DNA from: a virus
Lineage: Duplodnaviria; Caudoviricetes
Direction: 5' to 3' (one strand)
IMG/VR virus record: IMGVR_UViG_3300027627_000440
Coordinates: 1-35,379 of that record
Length of the DNA: 35,379 bases
The notes under the pieces are model-generated. The model did no database searches, had not been told where the DNA came from, and was given only the letters and a program-made list of their open reading frames with translations. The stretch's first letter is position 1. The number at the start of each line of letters is the position of its first letter. This document shows, piece by piece, positions 25,203 to 34,419 of the stretch. The translations under genes were made by a program, and so were the position numbers.

Positions 25203-26933
25203 ATGAAAGTCTCAGATGCCATAATTCTCTTCCTTAAGTCAAAAGGGATCGATACGTTTTTCACCGTATCTGGCGGTGGATGCATCCATCTCATAGAAAG
25301 TCTTAGAACCGGTGGGGTCAGAACTTACTGCGTACATCACGAGCAGTCCGCTTTAATGGCGGCCGAGGGTTTTTTCAGAACTAACGGTAAGATAGCAGGG
25401 AATATTGTCACAACTGGCCCAGGAGGAACCAACGCGCTGACAGGGCTTCTCGGCCTATGGCTCGACAGTATTCCGTCTATTGTCATCTCAGGTCAGGTAT
25501 CATCCAACCAGCTATCCGAAAATACGGGATGCAGGCAAATCGGAGATCAGGAATTTGATATCTGCGCTACGGTCAAAAACATGACGAAGTATGCAAAGGC
25601 CATTAAAAAAGCAAACGACGTTATATATGAGCTTGAGAAGGCATATCACATAGCCACGAGCGGGAGACCTGGCCCAGTTTGGATAGATGTTCCGCTAGAC
25701 ATACAGGCTTCAGACATAAACATGGAGAGCTGCCCCAGGTTCAACCGCAAAGACGGAGTAGAAATCGACGACGACCTGATGAAGAGGCTCGAAGAGTTGA
25801 TTTCCCAATCGAAGCGCCCGCTAGTAATCGCGGGGAACGGTATCAACCTATCCCAAACTCAAGGCGAACTATTTAATTTCTTGAAGAAAAGCAGCATACC
25901 TATAGTGACCGGCCCGCACTCGGGAGTAGATTGCGTAGACAATACAATTACCAACTATAGCGGAAGAATAGGAATCCTTGGTCAGCTTTCTGCAAATCAC
26001 ATCGTACAAGAGGCAGACCTTCTCATCTGTCTCGGAACCAGGCTTCCTGTCAAAATGACGGGATATAACATCAAAGACTTTTCCCCGAAATCCAAGAAAG
26101 TGATGGTAGACATTGACGAGAATGAAGTCAAAAAGCACCCATTCAAAATAGACCTGTCAATAATTGGGGACCTTAGAGATTTCTTTAAGATGGCTAAACA
26201 CCTAGAGCTCAAGCCGGAGATTTCAGAGTGGTTGATCAGAGTCAAAAGTCTGAGAGGCACCCAGCAGTACTTTCATAAAAAGCATGAAGAGCTAACTGGT
26301 TATGCTAGTTTTTACTATCTCATAAGCAAGGCCAGCGACATTTTCAAAACGCTCCCAATCGTGACGAGCAACGGCACGGCACACGTCGTCACTCTACAGA
26401 ACTATAGGATTAATAAGAATCAGAAACTCTTTACCAATGTTGGATGCGCAAGCATGGGGTACGGACTACCAGCAGCGATAGGCAGCTGTATAGCAGCCGA
26501 AGGTAAAGTAATATGCATCGAGGGAGATGGTAGCATAATGATGAACCTTCAGGAGTTGCAGACGGTAGTTGGATACAACCTTCCTATAAAGATTATAATC
26601 ATAAACAATGAAGGCTACTTGTCGATTAAGATGACTCAAGAGTCTTTCTTTAAAGGCAACGAGTTCGCGAGCGGGCCGAAAAATGGCGTCACCCTCCCAG
26701 ACTACAAAAAGATTGCGGATGCATTTGGTATCCAGTATCACAAAATATCTGAAAATAAAGAGATAGACAGAACCCTTCGCGCGGCGATAGAGTCGCATGG
26801 CCCCTGCATAATCGAGGTGTTCACGCACCCGAAAGAAAGACATGAGCCCAAAGTCACCCACAAGGGCATAGACAATGATGGCAAAATCATCCCTGGCTCG
26901 CTAACAGACATGTATATTTCTGACTCATTCTAA
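25203..26933 (+). CDS. TPP-dependent acetolactate synthase-like enzyme (YerE-like)
   Basis: HHEQSA, TTGPGGTN, GRPGPVWIDVPLD, SMGYGLP, GDGSIMMNLQEL..NN. Confidence 0.9.
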   Translation: MKVSDAIILFLKSKGIDTFFTVSGGGCIHLIESLRTGGVRTYCVHHEQSALMAAEGFFRTNGKIAGNIVTTGPGGTNALTGLLGLWLDSIPSIVISGQVSSNQLSENTGCRQIGDQEFDICATVKNMTKYAKAIKKANDVIYELEKAYHIATSGRPGPVWIDVPLDIQASDINMESCPRFNRKDGVEIDDDLMKRLEELISQSKRPLVIAGNGINLSQTQGELFNFLKKSSIPIVTGPHSGVDCVDNTITNYSGRIGILGQLSANHIVQEADLLICLGTRLPVKMTGYNIKDFSPKSKKVMVDIDENEVKKHPFKIDLSIIGDLRDFFKMAKHLELKPEISEWLIRVKSLRGTQQYFHKKHEELTGYASFYYLISKASDIFKTLPIVTSNGTAHVVTLQNYRINKNQKLFTNVGCASMGYGLPAAIGSCIAAEGKVICIEGDGSIMMNLQELQTVVGYNLPIKIIIINNEGYLSIKMTQESFFKGNEFASGPKNGVTLPDYKKIADAFGIQYHKISENKEIDRTLRAAIESHGPCIIEVFTHPKERHEPKVTHKGIDNDGKIIPGSLTDMYISDSF

Positions 26934-27562
26934 TGAAAATCTTTCTTACAGGAGGGAACGGATGTATAGGTAAAGAAATCAAAAAGGCCTTACTATGGCT
27001 TGGCGCCGAAGTAATAAGCCCGTCCTCAAAAGAGCTAGACCTAAGTTCCGATTTCAAACTGAAAACTCAGAAGGTGGATAGCTTTATCCATTGCGCGGGA
27101 ATCAATACGCTTGCGCCTTACGACAAAATAAAGACTGAGGAGTTTAACAGGCTACTGAACATAAACACAATAAGCTTCATTAAATTATGCGGTCAGCTTG
27201 ACATTCAAGCCGGAGGCAGCATACTAGCGATAGGGTCACTTTATTCAGCATGCACTAAAGAGCAGAGACTCCAGTACACGGTTTCCAAGCACGCGCTTTA
27301 CGGAGCAGTGAAGACCCTAGCTCTAGAGATGAGCGCAAAAGAGATCAAAGTGAACATGATATCTCCAGGATTTGTAGATACTGACCTTACCAGAAAGAAC
27401 AACTCCAAGAAAAGAATTAATTTTTTAAAGCAAAATGTCCCGCTCGGGCTCACCCCCGCGCGCGAGATAGCTAAGGTTTGCTCATATTTCATTGACAAGA
27501 ACCAGCACATAACCGGTCAAAATATCGTGGTTGACGGTGGTTATTCGCTCAGGGGTATTTGA
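26933..27562 (+). CDS. Short-chain dehydrogenase/reductase
   Basis: TGGNGCIG, HCAG, YTVSK, ISPGFVDT, ITGQNIVVDGG. Confidence 0.92.
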   Translation: MKIFLTGGNGCIGKEIKKALLWLGAEVISPSSKELDLSSDFKLKTQKVDSFIHCAGINTLAPYDKIKTEEFNRLLNINTISFIKLCGQLDIQAGGSILAIGSLYSACTKEQRLQYTVSKHALYGAVKTLALEMSAKEIKVNMISPGFVDTDLTRKNNSKKRINFLKQNVPLGLTPAREIAKVCSYFIDKNQHITGQNIVVDGGYSLRGI

Positions 27563-27563
27563 T

Positions 27564-28586
27564 GTGAATCGATTCGACATAGAAGGAAAGGATTTTTGGG
27601 TAAGTCCAGAAGTCAAAAACCAAATCACTATTAAGTCTTTTCCAGAAGACTATAGCGTTATTTTTGAGAAGTTTCATAACTCTTTCTCAGAAGATCACGT
27701 CGTTCTCGTAGACGCAAAGGTTAAGGAGCTATACGGAATAACTCATTCCAAGCTAATGGTAATTGATCCAAGCGAGAACATCAAGTCGGTAGAGACTGTC
27801 CTTGAAATATCCAAAAAGCTTTTAGAGTTTAATTTCAATAAGGGGAACACGCTTGTAGCAATTGGAGGGGGCATCATTCAGGACTTGGCCGCGTTTACGG
27901 CGAAAATTTACAAGAGAGGAATAGACTGGGTGTTCATTCCGACAACGCTCCTCTCCCAATGCGATAGCTGTATCGGAGGAAAGACGGCTCTGAACTTTTC
28001 CGGACATAAGAATCAACTGGCCCTCTTCTCTGCCCCCAAGCAGGTCATCATAGACGTAGACTTTATAAAGAGCCTAACCGATGAAGACGTCGTTTCCGGC
28101 AAGGGCGAAATAGTGAAGCTGTTCTTAATTGGTGGAAATTTTTACGTAAAGAATTTCAACAACTTCACCCTAAAAGAACTCATCTATCATTCCTTAGCAA
28201 TCAAGAAGGCCGTCGTGGAGTTCGATGAGTTTGAAAAGCTAGAAAGGAAGTCTCTCAATTTGGGCCATTCATTTGGGCACGTCATAGAGCCGCTTTCGGA
28301 CTATAAGATTACGCACGGAGAGGCCGTACTTCTAGGAATAGAGATCATTAACAAGCTATTTGACAACTCTCCAATGGTTAGCGGCTTGGTATCTAGGTTT
28401 ACAAGCTTAGACAAAATTAAACACCTGGACAGGTCTAAGATGATCGCCGGACTAAGAACTGATAAAAAAGTCGCTGGAAACGAGATTTCATTCGTCAGAA
28501 CTCTCGAGCCTGGAAAGACTATCTATACGAAGACAAGGGTAGACGAGGCCCTCGAGGTGAGATTGAATGAAATATTTATTAATTGA
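27564..28586 (+). CDS. 3-dehydroquinate synthase-family sugar-phosphate cyclase
   Basis: GGGIIQD, PTTLLSQCDSCIGGKT, GEIVK, LNLGHSFGH, HGEAV; GTG start after the SDR stop. Confidence 0.9.
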   Translation: MNRFDIEGKDFWVSPEVKNQITIKSFPEDYSVIFEKFHNSFSEDHVVLVDAKVKELYGITHSKLMVIDPSENIKSVETVLEISKKLLEFNFNKGNTLVAIGGGIIQDLAAFTAKIYKRGIDWVFIPTTLLSQCDSCIGGKTALNFSGHKNQLALFSAPKQVIIDVDFIKSLTDEDVVSGKGEIVKLFLIGGNFYVKNFNNFTLKELIYHSLAIKKAVVEFDEFEKLERKSLNLGHSFGHVIEPLSDYKITHGEAVLLGIEIINKLFDNSPMVSGLVSRFTSLDKIKHLDRSKMIAGLRTDKKVAGNEISFVRTLEPGKTIYTKTRVDEALEVRLNEIFIN

Positions 28587-29541
28587 TTTTGGCGCGTCCT
28601 TTGTAAAACACGCCCTATACGATAGCGACTCAAAGACCTTCGGCGACCAATCCTGGCTCACGTCCCCGTTCGTAACCCATAGCAAGGTGAATAAAGAGCA
28701 AGTAAGAGCTGTTCTGGATAAAATCATTCGCTTGTATTCGGGCGTAGACCGAATCTTAGCATGCTCTATTTTGGGGGGATACTACGTCGATGACATTTAT
28801 TATTCTTGGAAATGCTCAGAAAAACCCGCCATTCCAAAAAGTCCGTCGTGCCTTGTTGGCGGTTTATTTTATGGAGAAGATAACTTTCATATCCACGAAC
28901 ACCAGGCCAGCTCCCTTCTTGGCTGCGGCAATGGCTTAGAGACCGTTAAAGTGCTTGGTCAAATTAACGGCGTGCCTATCTATAGCAGCCTCGGAGATAC
29001 TAACTGCGTCGCAAAACATTTCGACTTGAAAGCCGGGGAACTGCTAATTAATATGGGTACCGGATCTCAAGTGATGTATAATTTATTTGGCAAGATCCAT
29101 ACGGTTTGCTATATTCCGAGCGGAAGAGCGTTTGCGGTTTTTAGAAAGTTCTTTGGCGAGCTTGGAGTAAATATCTTCCCCCTACTAAACAGTCTCTCCG
29201 CATCAGAAGTGCAGAAGGGATCTTTAGATTTAGACTTAAGGGTTTTCAGTCAGGCACTAGGCTACAGCAGCGGAGGGTCGATAACGGGAATAAACGAAGA
29301 CAGCTTTTCAATTAAAAATTTACTAGCTTCAATGCTAAAAAGCTACATCAACCAATACGACGAATTCATAGATGTTAAAACTACCACTAAAATAATCCTA
29401 ACCGGAGGCATACCGAAGAAGACGCCGGTTATCGGCGAGGTGTTCGAATTGAAATACCCAAATCAGATAGTCGTTCTAGACGACGCTGAAATAGAGAGGA
29501 CAATTTGTGGACTTAGCAAATACGCGGACGACTTACTATGA
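28567..29541 (+). CDS. Divergent FGGY/ASKHA-family carbohydrate kinase
   Basis: LIDFGASFVK, SLGDTNC, LINMGTGSQV, ILTGGI. Confidence 0.7.
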   Translation: MKYLLIDFGASFVKHALYDSDSKTFGDQSWLTSPFVTHSKVNKEQVRAVLDKIIRLYSGVDRILACSILGGYYVDDIYYSWKCSEKPAIPKSPSCLVGGLFYGEDNFHIHEHQASSLLGCGNGLETVKVLGQINGVPIYSSLGDTNCVAKHFDLKAGELLINMGTGSQVMYNLFGKIHTVCYIPSGRAFAVFRKFFGELGVNIFPLLNSLSASEVQKGSLDLDLRVFSQALGYSSGGSITGINEDSFSIKNLLASMLKSYINQYDEFIDVKTTTKIILTGGIPKKTPVIGEVFELKYPNQIVVLDDAEIERTICGLSKYADDLL

Positions 29542-30314
29542 ACGTATTAATTACCGGCGGAAACGGATACGTAGCCAAGTCAATCTCAAAAGCTTTACAA
29601 AAGAGTCATAAAGTCGAATCCATAAGCAGAGACAACTTTGACTTGCGAGACGAGCGCTCGACAGACTTATGGTTTAAAGATAAAAAGTACGACGCCGTAG
29701 TCCACACGGCTGTAAAAGGTGGCTCCAGGCTTCACCCCGACGAAGCAGATGTCATAGACGGCAACTTAAAAATGTATGGCAATTTATTAAATAACTCGGA
29801 TAAATTTAAAAAGCTAATACACTTTGGCTCTGGAGCAGAGCTCTACGCGCCGCACAGTCCATATGGAATAAGTAAAAGAATGATTTCCGAGTTAATAGAG
29901 AAGAGGGATGGATTCTATAATCTTAGAATTTTTGCTGTTTTTGATGAGAACGAGCTGGAGACGAGGTTCATTAAAGCAAACTTAAAGAAGTATATTGAGA
30001 ATAAACCCATCCAAGTCCACGCCAATAAACAGATGGACTTTCTTTACATGGAAGATCTGGTCTCTTTAGTGGACTATTATCTCTTAAATGGCGGGGCTAA
30101 GAACGTAGACTGTTGCTATCGAGAAAAAAAAACTCTACTCCAAATAGCTAAATTCATAAATACACTAGGATCGCACGGCGTCCAAATCGAAGAGGGCGAG
30201 TCTGATAAAATGTCATTCTACGTTGGGATTTCTGCATTACCAATCGAGCCTATCGGCCTAGACGAAGGCATAAGACGAGTTTATAAAATATTATGCCAGA
30301 CAACGACAAGTTAA
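29538..30314 (+). CDS. NAD-dependent epimerase/dehydratase/reductase
   Basis: ITGGNGYV, HFGSGAE, PYGISK. Confidence 0.85.
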   Translation: MNVLITGGNGYVAKSISKALQKSHKVESISRDNFDLRDERSTDLWFKDKKYDAVVHTAVKGGSRLHPDEADVIDGNLKMYGNLLNNSDKFKKLIHFGSGAELYAPHSPYGISKRMISELIEKRDGFYNLRIFAVFDENELETRFIKANLKKYIENKPIQVHANKQMDFLYMEDLVSLVDYYLLNGGAKNVDCCYREKKTLLQIAKFINTLGSHGVQIEEGESDKMSFYVGISALPIEPIGLDEGIRRVYKILCQTTTS

Positions 30315-31645
30315 ATCAAATTTTAAAGTTAATCTCTGAATACGTCATAGAGAAAAAGGTCGGAGAGAAGTGGGAGGCGTCGAAAGACTGGCTGCAATAC
30401 TCCGGGCCAACCTTCGATGATAAAGAGTACGTCGCAGCAGTAGAAAGCCTACTAAGCGAATGGTTGATCTTCGGAAAGAATTGCGGCAAATTTGAAGCCG
30501 AATTCCCCAAGCATTTAGGAAAATCTCAGGGCGTCATCACAAACTCCGGAAGCTCTGCGAATCTGCTTATGGTATATACCATGAGTTCAAAGAACATCCT
30601 GCCTAAATCCATGACGCTCCCCAAGGGCGCAAAGATAATTACTCCGGTCGTCTGCTTTCCTACGACTTTAAACCCCATCATCCAATCAGGATACACCCCC
30701 GTATTCGTTGACGTTGACCTACCAAGCCTTAACCTAAGCTTAGATCACGTAGAGGAGGTTTTAAAAAACGACAAGGAAATTAGAGGCATAATGTTTGCGC
30801 ACGTCTTGGGCAATCCCCCGGACATGGATAGACTAATGGCTCTAGTCAAAGAGTACAATCTAGTCTTTTTAGAGGACAGTTGCGACGCGCTAGGCTCAAC
30901 ATACGATGGCAAAAAACTTGGCTCTTTCGGGTTCATGTCTACGTGTTCATTCTTTCCGGCTCACCACATGACTATGGGGGAGGGCGGCTTCGTAGCCACA
31001 AACGATGCGATAGTCAAAAGAGCGCTATCTAGCATTCGCGATTGGGGCCGGGACTGTTATTGCAACCTCAAGATGCCAGGGCCAGTAACGTGCGGGACTG
31101 CTTGTGGAAATAGATTTAAAAACTGGTTCAAAAACCTGCCTGATGTCTCATATGACCACAGATATGTCTTTTCTGAAATGGGCTTTAACTTAAAACCTTT
31201 AGACCTACAGGCTGCAATGGGCCTCCAGCAGCTAGAGAAGTTGCCAGACCTAGACAAAGCAAGAAGAGACAACTACAAAGCTTTGATGGAGATTTTCTCT
31301 CCATACGAAGATTATTTCATGTTGCCGCGCCCAACAGCGAAGTCAGATCCGTGCTGGTTCGGTTTTCTTCTAACCGTCAAAGACGGTGCGCCATTCACAA
31401 AGCAAGAGTTTGTCGACTACTTAGAAAGTCATAAAATACAAACGAGATCTTACTTCACTGGAAACTGCCTATACCACCCAGCCTATAGTGAGCAGTACGA
31501 GCTTAATAAAGATAAAAAATTCCCGAACGCAGACAAATCCACAAGAGACACGTTATTCTTAGGAACGTTCAAAGGAATCAATCAGGAGAAGGTCGCGTAT
31601 ATAAAGAGCACCGTGGATGGATTTTTTAAACTGCTTATTACATGA
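30293..31645 (+). CDS. rfbH: NDP-4-keto-6-deoxyhexose 3-dehydrase E1 (RfbH/DdhC-like)
   Basis: NSGSSANLL, SFFPAHHMTMGEGG (His at the PLP-lysine position), GRDCYC...CGNRF Fe-S cysteines, YDHRY. Confidence 0.9.
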   Translation: MPDNDKLNQILKLISEYVIEKKVGEKWEASKDWLQYSGPTFDDKEYVAAVESLLSEWLIFGKNCGKFEAEFPKHLGKSQGVITNSGSSANLLMVYTMSSKNILPKSMTLPKGAKIITPVVCFPTTLNPIIQSGYTPVFVDVDLPSLNLSLDHVEEVLKNDKEIRGIMFAHVLGNPPDMDRLMALVKEYNLVFLEDSCDALGSTYDGKKLGSFGFMSTCSFFPAHHMTMGEGGFVATNDAIVKRALSSIRDWGRDCYCNLKMPGPVTCGTACGNRFKNWFKNLPDVSYDHRYVFSEMGFNLKPLDLQAAMGLQQLEKLPDLDKARRDNYKALMEIFSPYEDYFMLPRPTAKSDPCWFGFLLTVKDGAPFTKQEFVDYLESHKIQTRSYFTGNCLYHPAYSEQYELNKDKKFPNADKSTRDTLFLGTFKGINQEKVAYIKSTVDGFFKLLIT

Positions 31646-32565
31646 AGCCACTAATTAAGGAAAAGGCAATTTTAGTAACCGGAGGCAGCGGCTTCCTCGG
31701 AAAAAGGCTGAAAGATTTTTATCCTTCTTGGACTTATTTATCTTCTGCCGACTGTGACTTAACCAATAAGTCCTCGATACTAAAGACTCTCATCGATCAC
31801 AAGCCGGACGTCGTCCTACATCTCGCTTCCAAAGTCGGAGGGGTAAAGTATAACGTCGAAAATCAAGCGACGATCTACAGAGAAAATACCCTAATAAATA
31901 CCAATCTCTTACAGGCGTGCGCGGAGGTTGGGATCAAGCGAGTATTATCGTCTCTTAGCACTTGCGCTTTTCCAGACGCGCTCGAACGTTACCCGATGGT
32001 TGAGGAAGACATGTTCGATGGCGAGGCTCCACCCACGAATCGAGCCTATGCAGAAACCAAGAGGGGCTTACAGACCTTCTCCCTGGCCCTTAGAGATCAG
32101 CACGGACTCAACTACTCCACGTTTTGTCCGTCAAACCTGTATGGCCCACATGATCATTTTGGTGATGTAAACGCGCATTTCATAGCATCTCTACTACAGA
32201 AGATCGCGGACAGAAAAGACGGTCCTTTAGAATTTTGGGGCACGGGCAATCCATTAAGACAGCAACTTTTTGTAGACGACTTGTGTAAGATAATTCCAGC
32301 TTTAATAGAAAATCATAATGGACCTAGTCCAGTTATTGTCGCCCCGCACGAGAACCTCTCTATTAAAGGACTCATAGAGATAACTAAAAAAGCAGTAGGA
32401 TCAAATTTCGAATACTCGTTCAACGGTAAATTTGACGGACAGTTCAGAAAAGACGGAAGCAACGCAAAGCTTTTAGAGATTATAGGCGACTTCGAGTTTA
32501 CGAAATTCTCAGACGGCATTCAAAAAACTTTTTCATGGTATCTAGAGAACCATGCGAAAACGTGA
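31642..32565 (+). CDS. fcl: GDP-L-fucose synthase-like epimerase/reductase, catalytic motifs intact
   Basis: HLASKVGG, LSTCAFPD, YAETK, NLYGPHD, HF, WGTGNPLRQ. Confidence 0.8.
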   Translation: MKPLIKEKAILVTGGSGFLGKRLKDFYPSWTYLSSADCDLTNKSSILKTLIDHKPDVVLHLASKVGGVKYNVENQATIYRENTLINTNLLQACAEVGIKRVLSSLSTCAFPDALERYPMVEEDMFDGEAPPTNRAYAETKRGLQTFSLALRDQHGLNYSTFCPSNLYGPHDHFGDVNAHFIASLLQKIADRKDGPLEFWGTGNPLRQQLFVDDLCKIIPALIENHNGPSPVIVAPHENLSIKGLIEITKKAVGSNFEYSFNGKFDGQFRKDGSNAKLLEIIGDFEFTKFSDGIQKTFSWYLENHAKT

Positions 32566-33479
32566 AAGCCGTAGTTACTGGCGGTGCGGGGTTTATAGGA
32601 AGCCATCTCGTAAATAGGCTAGTCGAGCTGGGCCATCAAGTAACAGTCATTGACGATGAGTCTGCGGAGTATGCTAACGCGCTTCCCAGAAACCATCAAG
32701 CAGCGTATCATAAAATAGACATCTGCGATTACGAGGGCATCCTACCCCTCTTCGAGAGGGCTAAATTCGTTTTTCATTTAGCGGCAGAATCTAGAATCCA
32801 ACCCACACTACTCAGACCGCAAAGAGCTTGCCAAGTGAACCTCGTTGGCACCTGTAACGTGCTTCAGGCGTCTAGAGCTTGTGGGGTTGAAAAGGTAATG
32901 TACTCGTCTACGTCTTCCGCCTATGGTTTGAAGAATACGCCACCGCTCAAAGAAGACGCGAAGAACGATTGCCTAAACCCCTACTCAGTATCCAAAGCGG
33001 CGGCGGAAGACTTGTGCAGAATGTATTACAGTTTATTTGGGCTTGGAACCGTGACGTTCAGGTATTTTAATGTTTACGGGGAAGGCCAATGCTTAAGCGG
33101 GCAGTACGCTCCCGTTATCGGCGCCTTTTTGAGGCAGAAATCTGCCGGAGAAGACATGTCGATAGTCGGAGATGGCTTGCAAAGAAGGGACTTCACTCAC
33201 GTCTCAAATGTTATCGCAGCTAATTTACTGGCCGCGTTTTCCAAAGATGAAAGCGTACTTGGGGAAACGTTCAACATCGGAATGGGAGAAAGCCACAGTA
33301 TTTTAGAAGTTTGTGAAATGATAGGCGGAAGACGCCGTTTTATTCCGGCCAGACCAGGAGAAGCTAGAAACAGTACGGCAGATATATCCAAGGCAAAGAG
33401 CCTGCTTGGGTACGCGCCCGCCATGAAACTCCAAGACTGGATAAACAAAAATAACGTAAAAGCCCCTTATGCCTTTTGA
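32562..33479 (+). CDS. UDP-sugar 4-epimerase-like extended SDR
   Basis: VTGGAGFIGSH, STSSAYG, PYSVSK, RYFNVYG, GDGLQRRDF; GTG start overlapping the upstream stop. Confidence 0.88.
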   Translation: MKAVVTGGAGFIGSHLVNRLVELGHQVTVIDDESAEYANALPRNHQAAYHKIDICDYEGILPLFERAKFVFHLAAESRIQPTLLRPQRACQVNLVGTCNVLQASRACGVEKVMYSSTSSAYGLKNTPPLKEDAKNDCLNPYSVSKAAAEDLCRMYYSLFGLGTVTFRYFNVYGEGQCLSGQYAPVIGAFLRQKSAGEDMSIVGDGLQRRDFTHVSNVIAANLLAAFSKDESVLGETFNIGMGESHSILEVCEMIGGRRRFIPARPGEARNSTADISKAKSLLGYAPAMKLQDWINKNNVKAPYAF

Positions 33480-34419
33480 AACAATAGACACAAGCAGGGT
33501 CTTTATCGCTGGTCACAAAGGAATGATCGGATCAGCCATCGGCAGGAAAATTAGCGGCAACTTCATAAAGGCCGACAAAAGGATTTTAGACCTAAGACGA
33601 CAAGACATGGTCGAAGCGTTCTTTGCTGCTTATAGACCAGAGGTGGTTATTCTGGCTGCGGCCAAGTCAGGCGGAATTCATGCCAGCAACTCCTATCGAG
33701 CGGAGTTCATGTACGACAACCTACAGATTCAAAGCAACATCATCCACTGCTCTTATCTTTTCGGGGTAAAGAAGTTGTTGTTTTTAGGAGGGTCCTCTAT
33801 CTATCCGAAGTTTGCCAATCAGCCTATCAAAGAAGAGTATCTCCTAAACTCTCCATTAGAATGTACTAACGAGCCCGACTCAATTGCTAAGATAGCTGGG
33901 ATAAAAATGTGTGAAAGCTACAATAGGCAATATGGTAGTAATTTTGTTTCCGTAATATCAACAAATCTTTACGGCGAAAATGATAACTTTGATTCAATGG
34001 ACGCTCATGTTTTACCGGCACTTCTCAGGAGATTCCACGAGGCGAAGGCAAGCGGCGCACAGGAAGTCGAGGTTTGGGGGACTGGCAAAGCGAAAAGAGA
34101 GTTCATGCACGTCGACGACATGGCCGATGCTTGCCTTCACGTCTTAAACACTATAAGCGCAAAAGAGGTTTACGATAAAGGGGTCTCTCATATCAACATC
34201 GGAACAGGCGTAGATATATCCATCTCAGAGCTCGCCGAAAAGATAGCAAAGATAACCGGATTTACTGGAAAAATCAAGTATCAGCTAGATAAACCAGATG
34301 GCGCGCTCAGGAAGCTCCTAGACGTTTCTTTCCTTAATAAGTCGGGCTGGGAGTATAAAATTAAATTAGACGATGGATTGAAATCTACGTATAATTGGTA
34401 TGAACGAAACAGTGTATAA
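33469..34419 (+). CDS. GDP-L-fucose synthase homolog with substituted active site
   Basis: Colinear with Fcl (AGHKGMIGSAI, NLYG, HVLPAL, WGTG..REF) but GGSSIY for GSSCIY and NEPDSIAK for NEPYAIAK. Confidence 0.85.
   Translation: MPFETIDTSRVFIAGHKGMIGSAIGRKISGNFIKADKRILDLRRQDMVEAFFAAYRPEVVILAAAKSGGIHASNSYRAEFMYDNLQIQSNIIHCSYLFGVKKLLFLGGSSIYPKFANQPIKEEYLLNSPLECTNEPDSIAKIAGIKMCESYNRQYGSNFVSVISTNLYGENDNFDSMDAHVLPALLRRFHEAKASGAQEVEVWGTGKAKREFMHVDDMADACLHVLNTISAKEVYDKGVSHINIGTGVDISISELAEKIAKITGFTGKIKYQLDKPDGALRKLLDVSFLNKSGWEYKIKLDDGLKSTYNWYERNSV

Noticed and set aside
25203-28586. Housekeeping ilvB and aroB calls
   Set aside because: Embedded in a nucleotide-sugar cluster with no ilvN/C/D or other aro genes; symbols withheld
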